Origin: an uncultured bacterium
Lineage (GTDB): Bacteria > Babelota > Babeliae > Babelales > Vermiphilaceae
Direction: 5' to 3'
Assembly (NCBI GenBank): GCA_963702025.1
Contig: OY969699.1
Coordinates: 1,440,001-1,504,000, forward strand
DNA: 64,000 nt
Below the pieces are notes generated by a model, which made no database searches, was not told where the DNA came from, and saw nothing but the letters and a program-made list of their open reading frames with translations. Positions 28,899-38,914 of this stretch are shown piece after piece. Made by a program: the position numbers and the translations under genes. How positions within the stretch are numbered: position 1 is the first letter of the stretch; each line of letters opens with the position of its first letter.

Positions 28899-29468
28899 AT
28901 GATTTCCCAAAAAATACGCTGTTTCGGCAATGAACCCGGTAAAGAATTTTATGCCAAATATCATGACACTGAATGGGGCATTCCCTCGCACAACGATCGG
29001 CATTTGTTTGAAATGCTCATTTTAGAAGGGGCTCAAGCCGGATTAAGTTGGGAAACAGTGTTAAAAAAGCGTGACGGCTATCGCAAGGCGTTCCATCACT
29101 TTGATCCACGCAAAGTCGCTTTAATGAAAGATCATGAACTCGAAGCATTACGCCAAAATCCCGATATTATTCGCAATCAGCTAAAAATATATGCTGCGCG
29201 CCAGAATGCATTAGTATTTTTAGAAATACAAAAAGAATTTGGATCCTTTGACCGCTATGTGTGGAGGTTTGTGAAGGGTAAGCCAATTATGCATCATCCC
29301 AAAAAATTTACCGATCTTCCAAGCACCACTGCAGAGAGTGACGCGCTATCCAAAGATTTAAAAAAGCGAGGAATGACATTTGTGGGCTCTACAATTATTT
29401 ATGCATACATGCAAGCAGTAGGCCTTGCCAATGAGCATATCATCACATGCTGGCGTTATGGTCACTAA
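28899..29468 (+). CDS. tag: DNA-3-methyladenine glycosylase I
   Basis: YHDTEWG, LEGAQAGLSW and FVGSTIIYAYMQAVG motifs. Confidence 0.96.
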   Translation: MISQKIRCFGNEPGKEFYAKYHDTEWGIPSHNDRHLFEMLILEGAQAGLSWETVLKKRDGYRKAFHHFDPRKVALMKDHELEALRQNPDIIRNQLKIYAARQNALVFLEIQKEFGSFDRYVWRFVKGKPIMHHPKKFTDLPSTTAESDALSKDLKKRGMTFVGSTIIYAYMQAVGLANEHIITCWRYGH

Positions 29469-29530
29469 ATATTTAAATTAACGATAATAACATCATAATT
29501 TCTTGTTTTTTATAAAATAAGACAGCGCAA

Positions 29531-29645
29531 TTAAACATCTGCTAAACATATTGGAACTTGGGGTAGCCAATCCACACTTCCATTTTTATCCGCAATAGAC
29601 CCATCTTTGCTTGTTGCGATATAAAGAATGGTATAAGCAATAGCA
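29531..29645 (-). pseudogene. Fragment of a dihydrofolate reductase / RibD C-terminal family gene
   Basis: Manual translation ILYIATSKDGSIADKNGSVDWLPQ matches the family N-terminus; no start codon, early stop. Confidence 0.7.
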
Positions 29646-29649
29646 ATTC

Positions 29650-30210
29650 TTAAGAGATTAAATGATTAATTTGTTTATGAAAATTTATAAGGCATACATA
29701 AAGAATTGCTAACATCATAAATGGAACAACTATAGAAAGCGTTATTCCCGAGCTATTAAATATCAATGACCACATAAAAGCAAGAGTAGATCCAGCTAAA
29801 AAAATTATTGTTAATTTTTGATTCTCTCCTTTGCCAATATTACTTGCATTACTAAATACGCCATAAGAAAAAATTAATGATATGACACTGGTAAAGATAA
29901 AAGCGCAAAAAAGAAAAGGGCCTTTATAATTATTCATCAGCTGGAGTAAATACGGCTGATTCGCCAGAAATAGGATTGCACTGCTGATAAGCCATATATT
30001 GGTTGCCAGCAAAAAATAATTAAAATTAATATTAAATATTCGGTGAAGAATAATCACTATCACCGCTACAAGGGCCGCGTAATAAAATGGCATTGACCAA
30101 GGACAAAAATTATCTGGAGCTTTGCACAGAAATGCTTTTGCAATTATGAACGTTATAAATGGAGCAAATGCTAATAATGAGATAAAGCGGTGCAGAGAGA
30201 AATATTTCAT
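29650..30210 (-). CDS. Integral membrane hypothetical protein
   Basis: About 6 TM segments; AAGGA RBS; downstream of padR. Confidence 0.75.
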   Translation of the reverse strand: MKYFSLHRFISLLAFAPFITFIIAKAFLCKAPDNFCPWSMPFYYAALVAVIVIILHRIFNINFNYFLLATNIWLISSAILFLANQPYLLQLMNNYKGPFLFCAFIFTSVISLIFSYGVFSNASNIGKGENQKLTIIFLAGSTLAFMWSLIFNSSGITLSIVVPFMMLAILYVCLINFHKQINHLIS

Positions 30211-30259
30211 TGAATTCCTTTATTATAAAGTAATAAGCATATAAAACTTTTCATGAATC

Positions 30260-30805
30260 TTAAGGTAGTTCATCATTTTTAACTTTTTTTATTGCACCAT
30301 CAACCCATTTTAATTCAGCTTCAAAATGAGCGGTTGCGAGACGAAAATTCTCGGTAATATGGCGGGGCCATCCAACCTCCGCTACTCGTATTGGAATTAG
30401 GTGAGTCATAGATTTAATATTTGCTCGCAAACTATCTGCTTTATACTCAAGAGCTAAAATCAATTCTTCTTTTGGCATGCAATTCATAAAGGTCAATGCT
30501 ACTTGAAATGGATCAATGATTGGCTTAAGATCCCACCATTGTTTGCGAAGGAGGTCCATAAATTGATCTTTACCCGCTTCTGTTACTTCATATAAAATGC
30601 GACCGGGCCTTGCATCATCCTTACTTTCTATCACTTTTATTAGACCCTCTTCTGACATTTTTTTTAATGCAAAATAAATAGAGCCATAGGCGATATTTGC
30701 CCATTGCTCAGCATTCCATGATTCAAGCTCTTGCCTTATTTCATAACCATGTTTTGGTCCTTGCTGTACAAGAACCCCTAACAGCAAAGTTCTGATAGCT
30801 GACAT
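30260..30805 (-). CDS. PadR family transcriptional regulator
   Basis: HGYEI, GSIYFALKKM and YEVTEAGK motifs. Confidence 0.93.
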   Translation of the reverse strand: MSAIRTLLLGVLVQQGPKHGYEIRQELESWNAEQWANIAYGSIYFALKKMSEEGLIKVIESKDDARPGRILYEVTEAGKDQFMDLLRKQWWDLKPIIDPFQVALTFMNCMPKEELILALEYKADSLRANIKSMTHLIPIRVAEVGWPRHITENFRLATAHFEAELKWVDGAIKKVKNDELP

Positions 30806-30814
30806 TTTAACCCC

Positions 30815-30879
30815 TTGACATTAGTAAGATTTTATACAAACTTGTATATAAGCTTATATCGAGATTCGAGTTTTGTCAA
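30815..30879. promoter_or_regulatory. Overlapping divergent sigma70 promoters with palindromic candidate PadR operator
   Basis: TTGACA at 30815 (+) and at 30879-30874 (-, with TAAGCT 17 bp downstream); palindromes TATACAA-ac-TTGTATA (30833-30848) and ATATAAGCTTATAT (30846-30859). Confidence 0.6.
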
Positions 30880-30901
30880 TCTATCTAAGGGGGGTTTTTC
30901 T

Positions 30902-33514
30902 ATGTTAAAAATGAATTTTATCTGTAATTTTTGCAAAGATACCATACCTGTTATTCGTAAAACAGGGAGTATTCTGGTTCATGGCGCAAAAGAGCATAAT
31001 TTAAAGAATATTTGCTTCGAGATTCCTAAAGGCAAATTAGTCGCTTTAACCGGTCCCTCAGGTTCAGGTAAATCCTCTATTGCAACTGATATTTTGCAAA
31101 AAGAATGCATACGGCAATATTTGGAATCTTTGGGAATGGTTACCGATCATATAGAAAAAGCAAAAGTAGATAGTATCATGGGATTATCCCCTTCAATTGG
31201 GGTTACGCAGCGAAAAACCGATTTTAATCCTCGTTCTACCGTTGGCACCCGATCCGGGATTCTTACTATTCTAAGGAATTTATTTGCAGCAATCGGTCAT
31301 CAACCATGTACAAGCTGTGGAAAAAGGGTCAAACAGCCTTTGCAAGATAAGCATAAACTGACAATAGTTGAAGTAGAGGGAGATGAAACAGGTTCTTCTT
31401 CAAAGAAAAGGAAAATAAGCTATTTTGATTGTCCGCATTGTGGCCATCAGCTAGAAAAGTTGAAAATGGCTCATTTTTCCTTTAATGCACTCGTAGGCGC
31501 CTGCGAGGCTTGTAAAGGCGTCGGCCAAATCATAAGCGTTGATCTATCGCGTTTACTGAATGAAGAAAAAACAATTCGAGATGGCGGAGTAGATATGTGG
31601 GGCGAGACTCTTGCAAAGCATTATGAAAACGTCATCCTTGCTTCCAGCAAACATTATAAATTTCCATTTGATCCGGCTTTGGCTTTAAAAAATTATACAA
31701 AAGATCAGAAAAATTTTCTTCTTTATGGAATTACTTTTCCAGATTTTGTAAAAACATACAAGCATATTCAAGCGCCAAAAAAAGTGAGCGAAGGAAATTT
31801 TGAAGGTATTATTCCCCATTTACTAAATCTCCACAAAAAAAATCCCGAAAAAGCTTCAAGTGATGTTAAAAAATATATTCTTCATGAATCATGTATTGAA
31901 TGTAACAATACACGCTTGGGTAGACTTGGCAGAGAAGTAACCGTCGGTGAAAAAACCATCATTGACATGGGTGGACTTAATCTCAATGAATTACTTAAAT
32001 GGATACATGAGTTGGATCAATATATTTGCGAAGATGAATTACAAGTTCTCGCAGCTTTTTCAGGCGCATTGAAAGAACGAACATCGCACTTAATAGAGGT
32101 TGGTTTAGATTATCTCACTCTGGACCGCACCCTTCCTTCATTATCTGCTGGGGAATCTCAAAGGGTAAGGCTCGCGAGTTTGCTTGGAAGCGGGCTAACG
32201 GGAGTTTTATATGTTCTTGATGAACCAACAACAGGTCTTCATCCCCATGATAATGCAAAATTATTAAAAACATTAAGGATGATACAAGAACTGGGTAACA
32301 CGGTTTTAATAATTGAACATGATAGGGATATCGTTAAAAATGTGGATCATATAATTGATATCGGGCCTGGTGGTGGAAGTAAAGGTGGTGAAATTATTGC
32401 TACCGGTACACCATCTGATCTTATGGCGTGCGCAAAATCTATTACTGGAAAATATTTAGCTAAGAAACCAACTATAAATCTGAATCCTCATATCCGTAAT
32501 AGCGGGGCACTCACTATCCGTGGCGCGCGCGAACATACTCTACAAAATATTGATGTTAGTATTCCGATAAAGCAATTCGTTGTTATGACCGGCGTATCCG
32601 GTTCAGGAAAATCAACATTCTTATTTGATATCGTGGATAAGATTGCAAGAAAGCATTTTAACCATGCAAGTGAAGTTCCGGGTAAGCATGATTCAGTTGA
32701 CGGATTACATTATTTTAATCGAGTAGTAACTGTTGACCAAGTTACAATAGGCAACTCAAAATCATCGCGATCTAATGTAGCAACCTATACCAAACTTTTT
32801 GATTTAATTCGCGATTTATTTGCTAGCCTGCCTGAAGCAAAAGCGCGAGGATTTACTGCGGAAGATTTTTCTTTTAATACCTCGCCAAAGCGTTGCGAAA
32901 ATTGTAATGGAGCAGGCGTGGTAGAAATCGATATGACTTTTATGCCTGATATTGAAACCGTATGCCCTGTTTGCAATGGCATGCGATTCACTGAAGAACT
33001 GCTCACAATACAATTTAAAGGACATACTATTGCCAACATTTTAGATATGACGGTAAGCGATGCCCTTCCCTTATTTAGACACGAAAATAAGATTTTCGCA
33101 CTCTTGGATTTAATAAAACAAGTTGGGTTAGATTACATGAAATTAGGGCAATCTACTTCAACATTATCAGGCGGAGAAGCGCAACGAATTAAATTGGCGG
33201 CTGAATTATCCAAACCGCAAACGGGAAATACGTTATATCTATTGGACGAGCCAACCACCGGCTTGAATCCACAGGAAGTGGAAAGGCTGCTTGAGACATT
33301 GAGAAAACTGGTATCCAAAGGAAATACCGTGGTAGCAATTGAACATAACTTAGATGTTATTTGTAATGCGGATACGATTATTGACTTTGGGCCAGGTGGC
33401 GGAGTTGCAGGTGGAACAATTGTTGCAATTGGTACGCCGCAAGAAATTGCTGAAAATAATTATTCATTAACGGGGCAAAGCTTGAAGACTTATATAGCGG
33501 AGAACCAATGCTAA
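30902..33514 (+). CDS. uvrA: UvrA-like ABC ATPase (class II / UvrA2, DrrC-like)
   Basis: GAKEHNLKN, two Walker A motifs, CxxC zinc fingers, LSGGEAQRIKLA; about 870 aa with a short first insertion. Confidence 0.88.
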   Translation: MLKMNFICNFCKDTIPVIRKTGSILVHGAKEHNLKNICFEIPKGKLVALTGPSGSGKSSIATDILQKECIRQYLESLGMVTDHIEKAKVDSIMGLSPSIGVTQRKTDFNPRSTVGTRSGILTILRNLFAAIGHQPCTSCGKRVKQPLQDKHKLTIVEVEGDETGSSSKKRKISYFDCPHCGHQLEKLKMAHFSFNALVGACEACKGVGQIISVDLSRLLNEEKTIRDGGVDMWGETLAKHYENVILASSKHYKFPFDPALALKNYTKDQKNFLLYGITFPDFVKTYKHIQAPKKVSEGNFEGIIPHLLNLHKKNPEKASSDVKKYILHESCIECNNTRLGRLGREVTVGEKTIIDMGGLNLNELLKWIHELDQYICEDELQVLAAFSGALKERTSHLIEVGLDYLTLDRTLPSLSAGESQRVRLASLLGSGLTGVLYVLDEPTTGLHPHDNAKLLKTLRMIQELGNTVLIIEHDRDIVKNVDHIIDIGPGGGSKGGEIIATGTPSDLMACAKSITGKYLAKKPTINLNPHIRNSGALTIRGAREHTLQNIDVSIPIKQFVVMTGVSGSGKSTFLFDIVDKIARKHFNHASEVPGKHDSVDGLHYFNRVVTVDQVTIGNSKSSRSNVATYTKLFDLIRDLFASLPEAKARGFTAEDFSFNTSPKRCENCNGAGVVEIDMTFMPDIETVCPVCNGMRFTEELLTIQFKGHTIANILDMTVSDALPLFRHENKIFALLDLIKQVGLDYMKLGQSTSTLSGGEAQRIKLAAELSKPQTGNTLYLLDEPTTGLNPQEVERLLETLRKLVSKGNTVVAIEHNLDVICNADTIIDFGPGGGVAGGTIVAIGTPQEIAENNYSLTGQSLKTYIAENQC

Positions 33515-33608
33515 TCATCAAACGTACCATAGAAATGCTTCTTGCAACTATTTATTAAAAAAAACATACTAACGATATTAACTCCTTGTTTTAATAAAAG
33601 AGACAACC

Positions 33609-34031
33609 ATGTATAAGCTACCGGCTTACGTCGGCATTATTCTTCAAAAAGATAACCAAGTTTTATTAGTCAAACGAACAAATACCGATTGGGCATCGGG
33701 ATGCTGGAATTTCCCCGGTGGATTATTAGAAGAGCATGAAACGCTCATGAATGCTGCCATTCGTGAGGCACAAGAAGAAATTGGTGTTATTATAAATGAT
33801 CTAGAATTAGTGCATGTTCTTCACGTACAAAAAAGTAAAACTAACACTAAAGACATTTTTGGATTTTATTTTCTAGTCCAATCGTGGCAGGGAATACCAT
33901 TAAATAATGAGCCGCATCGGCATAGTGAAATTGGCTGGTTTGACATCAATACTGTGCCAGAAAATATCACATCACATGCTCTGCAAGCATTAGATGGACT
34001 AAAAAAGAACATCCGGTATTCTGAAAATTAA
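33609..34031 (+). CDS. NUDIX hydrolase
   Basis: GGLLEEHETLMNAAIREAQEEIG Nudix box; NNEP. Confidence 0.93.
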   Translation: MYKLPAYVGIILQKDNQVLLVKRTNTDWASGCWNFPGGLLEEHETLMNAAIREAQEEIGVIINDLELVHVLHVQKSKTNTKDIFGFYFLVQSWQGIPLNNEPHRHSEIGWFDINTVPENITSHALQALDGLKKNIRYSEN

Positions 34032-34216
34032 AAATCATGAAATAGAAGCACGGTCCCTGCCTTTGAAGATCTGCCAGATGCGCCAATCTCCAGATTGGAA
34101 ATTTGCCAAATATATGCGATTGAGCTTTGAACGCATCTATTCATATAGTTTTTTTTCAGCAAAACTGTTATTATTTTTGGAATATCAAATATTAAAATCA
34201 ACAAAAGAGGCTCACA

Positions 34217-34933
34217 ATGACACAAATAATTTCTCAAAATGTTACTAAAAAAGGTTTCAGACAAGCCTTAGAAGTCCCTACACTTTCTATTACCGATAAA
34301 CCTACCTTCCTAACGGGCCATCCTCAAGAGATCATACAGCAAGCGGGAATATTATCCGATCTCGTTGAAGCAAATCCTAAGCAGGCAATTAAAGCACTAA
34401 ATCAATTGGCAAATAAATATCCACATAATTCATTACTCATGGTTTTACTTGCAAAAGCTTACGCAGCCAACAACCAAGAAGATCTTCAAAATAAAGTACG
34501 TACGGAAAATTATCAGCATAATCCCAATAATCTTATCTCGCGATGCGACTATGCAAGACTCTGCATAGAGCAACAACGTTTTAGTGAAGTCCCGGAGATA
34601 TTTAATAACATTTTTGATTTAACGGCTTTATACCCGGAACTAAAAGCTTTTAGTACTGAAGAAGCAGTATTGTTCTATTCAACTATTTGTGCCTATTTTA
34701 TAGGGGTTAAACAGTTTGGCAATGCAGAAATATGTATAGAAACATTAGAAAACGTTGATAAAGATGATCAATCGGCACAGGTTCTAGCAGCAATATTATA
34801 TACAAAAATTATTGAAAAATTAAGTCATTTACTTCCTGAAGAAGCCTTGAATGATATTTTTTCTGATGACGAAGAAGAAGATTGCGAAGAAGACGATGAC
34901 TGCGATGATGAAGATGATAGCATTCCATTCTAA
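34217..34933 (+). CDS. TPR-like helical protein with acidic tail
   Basis: Helical repeats (KYPHNSLL..LAKAY); D/E-rich C-terminus. Confidence 0.65.
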   Translation: MTQIISQNVTKKGFRQALEVPTLSITDKPTFLTGHPQEIIQQAGILSDLVEANPKQAIKALNQLANKYPHNSLLMVLLAKAYAANNQEDLQNKVRTENYQHNPNNLISRCDYARLCIEQQRFSEVPEIFNNIFDLTALYPELKAFSTEEAVLFYSTICAYFIGVKQFGNAEICIETLENVDKDDQSAQVLAAILYTKIIEKLSHLLPEEALNDIFSDDEEEDCEEDDDCDDEDDSIPF

Positions 34934-34954
34934 GTAACTTAACATTGAAGCAGG

Positions 34955-35467
34955 TTATTTTAGATAGTAATTTTTAACAAGCCACTCCAACCCAGTAGCA
35001 CATTTATCTCGCGCATTCATTTGTATTACTTCATCGGGAGTGAGCCACAACAGCTCACAAAAATCTGCCTTATTAAAATCGATGGTACGTTGCTGGACAG
35101 AAACCTCATAAATTGCTTTAAAAAAATCACTCTGCCAGCCCTCATTGGGCCCATGGTAGCCAAGATGCTTAAATGCATGTTCACCAACAATAATGCCCGC
35201 CTCTTCGGCTATTTCCCTTTTGGCAGCCCGTTCATAGGTTTCACCACTTTGGACCCCTCCGCCAACAATGGAAAGATGTAATGGGCTGCATGATTTATCA
35301 GCGGTTCGGCGTAATATTGCCAATTTGCCTTCATTATTTATGATAAACGCCAGAACAACACGACTATATTTTAGTTTTTTCTCAATAAATTCCAGCCGAT
35401 TAATAATGTTAATTATTTGGTCGTTTTCATTCACGAGATCTATCAGTTCGTCGTATTCATGGGGCAT
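34955..35467 (-). CDS. NUDIX hydrolase (IPP isomerase-like / YfcD)
   Basis: ELIDLVNEND and GGGVQSGETYERAAKREIAEEAG. Confidence 0.9.
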   Translation of the reverse strand: MPHEYDELIDLVNENDQIINIINRLEFIEKKLKYSRVVLAFIINNEGKLAILRRTADKSCSPLHLSIVGGGVQSGETYERAAKREIAEEAGIIVGEHAFKHLGYHGPNEGWQSDFFKAIYEVSVQQRTIDFNKADFCELLWLTPDEVIQMNARDKCATGLEWLVKNYYLK

Positions 35468-35754
35468 ACAAAATCCTTGATGTGAAAACTGCTTTTTATT
35501 CTACTTGACGATAAAACTACGGCTTTTACTTTGGAAAACTCCATGTTCAGTATAGCATTTTTTAAGTGTAAATGTTGTATTTCTGCCAAATAAGCGTACA
35601 GTAATAATTGGGCCTTTATGAGGAAACCGGTTTTCTAAGACCTAACCATTGAAACCAAGAAATAGAAATTACTACAGTGATCTCATCTTGATTTCGGGTT
35701 GGATAGCATAACTACAATCTTTTTAACCGTTTTCTTTTAATAAAGGATATCTTT

Positions 35755-37146
35755 ATGGCATTATCACTTCTACAAAAAATCGTTAAACCCATTTTTGGCA
35801 CCTTTGAGGACGAAGAATTTAATAAGTTCTTACGCATGGGCGCGATTTTTGCTTTTATCATCGGCTCGTATTGGACGCTTCGTCCACTCAAAAAGGCAAT
35901 CTTTTGCACCCTTGTAGGCGCTTCAGATACCCCCATTGCCAAAATGGGATCATTATTCTTTCTCATCCCCATCATCATGATCTACACCAAAATGATTGAT
36001 ATCTATAAGCGAGAAAAAACGTTTTATATTATTTCAGGCACGTATGCTGTTTTAGCGCTCATCTTTACCGTGCTGCTTGCCTATGTGCCAACTCCAGAAG
36101 CCTGCAAAGCAGTGCAAACGGGATGGAGCATTAATAGCGCAACGCTGCTTGGTTATGCATTTTATATGTTTGTTGAAACCTACGGCTCAATGATTCCGGC
36201 GCTTTTTTGGTCGATCGCCGCCGATACCACCACGCCTGACTCTGCTAAAAAAGGCTTCTCTTTTATTGTGGCGATTGGGCAATTTGGGGGCATTGTGGGG
36301 CCCTATTTTATCGCCAGCCTGCCGCGCCGCCTGGGATTACAAACAAGCGCGCTCTCTCTTTTTATTTGTGTTCTAACAATCGGTTTATCAATGTTCTTTT
36401 TGCGCCGCTTTTTTACCAAAACACCGGCACATCTGCTGGCATCGTTTCATGGTGAAAATGAAAAAAAAGAAGAAGCAAAACAAGAACCGGGATTCTTTGA
36501 GGGTCTTAAACTCTTAGTGTCGCACAAATATTTATTGGGAATATTTGCCGTCGTCGCGTTTCCTGAAATTATCACTGCAGTTTTTGATCAACACTTTGAT
36601 ACGTTGGCTTCCCAGCAATATTCCGGCACCCATTTATTAGAATATCTGGGCACCTATGCAAGCGCGGTAAATATCATTGCCCTCACCTTTCTTTTATGCG
36701 GCATTGGGAATATCACGCGTATTTTTGGTCTGGGAATTTCACTGGTGTTAATGCCGGTTCTTTATTTGTTTGCAACATTTGGATTCATCAAGCTCAGTAG
36801 CCTCAGCTTTTTATTTATCTTGATGGCAAGCTCGAAAGCAATCAATTATGCGCTTAATGGCCCGGCGATTAAACAATTATATATCCCAACAACGCATGAT
36901 GTACGCCTTAAAACACAAGCATGGATAGAATCATTCGGTTCTCGTGGCTCAAAATTAAGCGGCGGAGCCATTAACTTAGGGCTCAAGCCATTACAAAAAC
37001 AATTGGGCGCAGTTGCCGGCCGCGCACAGCATGCTTATTATGCGAGCTATTTAATGTTTGGCTTTATCTTCTGCTGGTTCTTTATTGCACTCTTTTTAGG
37101 TAGAAAACATAAAAAAGCGATTGAAGAAAAGAAAGTTGTTTGTTAA
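35755..37146 (+). CDS. NTT/TLC family nucleotide (ATP/ADP) translocase
   Basis: EEFNKFL..YWTLRPLK, LFWS, KAINYALNGP and LYIP...K..IE..GSR..K; about 12 TM. Confidence 0.9.
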   Translation: MALSLLQKIVKPIFGTFEDEEFNKFLRMGAIFAFIIGSYWTLRPLKKAIFCTLVGASDTPIAKMGSLFFLIPIIMIYTKMIDIYKREKTFYIISGTYAVLALIFTVLLAYVPTPEACKAVQTGWSINSATLLGYAFYMFVETYGSMIPALFWSIAADTTTPDSAKKGFSFIVAIGQFGGIVGPYFIASLPRRLGLQTSALSLFICVLTIGLSMFFLRRFFTKTPAHLLASFHGENEKKEEAKQEPGFFEGLKLLVSHKYLLGIFAVVAFPEIITAVFDQHFDTLASQQYSGTHLLEYLGTYASAVNIIALTFLLCGIGNITRIFGLGISLVLMPVLYLFATFGFIKLSSLSFLFILMASSKAINYALNGPAIKQLYIPTTHDVRLKTQAWIESFGSRGSKLSGGAINLGLKPLQKQLGAVAGRAQHAYYASYLMFGFIFCWFFIALFLGRKHKKAIEEKKVVC

Positions 37147-37193
37147 TTGACGAGTAATTAATTTAAGATGAGAAAGCCTTGATTGATAAAAAA

Positions 37194-37721
37194 TTAAGGC
37201 TTTCCCTTGCTCATATCTTCAACCTTTTTTTGCAACACCGAGGCATCGTGCAGCCATCGAGCATATTGTGCCACGAGAAATTCCCGTTGGGCCTCAGAAA
37301 GCTTTTTGTGCATTTCTATATCTTTTTTTTGATCTGCCCGCTCCCGTGATTCTGAAAATAACAAAAAAGCTGCGTCACGCTGCCAAACTATCTTTTCTCT
37401 TTTTTGAACCTCAATGGCAAGCAAGGATTGCATTTGCCATGAGCCAACGCAAGTAAACTGCCCAGAAGCATAATCCTTGGTTATTGATAACTGATGAATT
37501 AATTTTATGGCGTCTTTAGCAAGATGCTGCGCGTACGCTTGTTTGATAATTATTTCATGATTCTGATTGAAAATTCGCCTATCTTCTTCCGATAGTTCAT
37601 TATACCGCACCACCTCCAGCATTTCTTGGAGTAATTGCTTTTTATCTTGAGCATGCAAGGCAATGCAAGAGAGCGTTAAGCCAATCATCACATATTTTTT
37701 AAAAAAAAACGTTCTATTCAT
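37194..37721 (-). CDS. Secreted hypothetical protein
   Basis: Signal peptide ending ALHA. Confidence 0.6.
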   Translation of the reverse strand: MNRTFFFKKYVMIGLTLSCIALHAQDKKQLLQEMLEVVRYNELSEEDRRIFNQNHEIIIKQAYAQHLAKDAIKLIHQLSITKDYASGQFTCVGSWQMQSLLAIEVQKREKIVWQRDAAFLLFSESRERADQKKDIEMHKKLSEAQREFLVAQYARWLHDASVLQKKVEDMSKGKP

Positions 37722-37876
37722 AGTACGGGAGCCCTTCTGGCTTTAAACGATGAAGCGCACAACAGTTTTTTGACGAGTAGAATAAAAATCAACTATACCA
37801 ATCGCGATAAGAAAAACAATAAAATTCTTGTTGTTTTTGATGCGTATTGGATACCGTACTAAAAAAAGGAGCACCA

Positions 37877-38914
37877 ATGAAAAATTTAATTTTTGCCGGC
37901 ATACCCTCAGAAATCATTAAAAAAGCAAAAAAAGCACCTTTTCCAAAATTTATACCCCCGATGCTGGCAACGTTAACCACCGATTATTTTTCCAGCAATG
38001 ATTGGATTTATGAGCATAAATTTGATGGCGAGCGCTGTCTTGCCTTTAAAAATAATGGCAAAGTGTTGCTCATTTCCCGCAATAAACGAGTAATAAATAA
38101 TGAATATCCTGAACTTGCAGCGGCACTGGAAAAACAAAAGGCAGACAATTTTGTAATCGACGGGGAAATAATAGCCAAAAGTGAAGGCCTTTCCGATTTT
38201 GAGCTGCTCCAATCACGCATCAATTTGAAAAATGTCGCAGAGATCAAAGCAAAAACTAAAAAGATTCCTATTTCTTATGCCATATTCGATTTAATGTATG
38301 TCCATGGCTACGATATCCGTGAACTGCCATTGTTATCACGCAAAAAAATCCTTAAAAAACTTCTTACCTATAATAAATTGCTCACCTATACCGAACATAA
38401 AGTTGGCAATGGCATCGCTTATTTTAAAGATGCCTGCAAAATGCACTGGGAAGGACTTATTGCAAAAAAAGCCGATGGCATCTATGTAGGCAAACGATCA
38501 ACATCATGGCTCAAATTTAAATGTATTATGAAACAAGAGTTGGTGATTGGTGGTTACACCGATCCACGAAAATCAAGAACAGATTTTGGCGCGCTCCTTG
38601 TTGGCTATTATGATAAAGAAATGCGTCTTAAATTTGCCGGCAAAGTCGGCACGGGGTATACGGAACAAATACTCAGAATCCTAGGCAAAAGATTACGTGA
38701 ACTGGAAATTTCAAAATGTCCGTTTAGCAATTATGATGAATCGCAAGCAGGTGTACATTGGGTTAAGCCAATTTTAGTGGCAGAATTCCAGTTTGCAGAA
38801 TGGACCAGTGATAATAAGTTACGCGTTGGCCGCTATAAAGGTTTACGTGATGATAAAGCTGCCAAAGACGTGGTGAAAGAAATTCCCAAGGCGATCGCGC
38901 ATATTGCCAAATAA
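37877..38914 (+). CDS. ligD: ATP-dependent DNA ligase, LigD ligase domain (stand-alone)
   Basis: EHKFDGER, DGEI, FDL, EGLIAK, WLKFK and GKVGTG; AGGAG RBS. Confidence 0.9.
   Translation: MKNLIFAGIPSEIIKKAKKAPFPKFIPPMLATLTTDYFSSNDWIYEHKFDGERCLAFKNNGKVLLISRNKRVINNEYPELAAALEKQKADNFVIDGEIIAKSEGLSDFELLQSRINLKNVAEIKAKTKKIPISYAIFDLMYVHGYDIRELPLLSRKKILKKLLTYNKLLTYTEHKVGNGIAYFKDACKMHWEGLIAKKADGIYVGKRSTSWLKFKCIMKQELVIGGYTDPRKSRTDFGALLVGYYDKEMRLKFAGKVGTGYTEQILRILGKRLRELEISKCPFSNYDESQAGVHWVKPILVAEFQFAEWTSDNKLRVGRYKGLRDDKAAKDVVKEIPKAIAHIAK

Noticed and set aside
34860..34925. gaa/gat-rich low-complexity tract
   Set aside because: It encodes the acidic tail of the protein and is not a separate repeat
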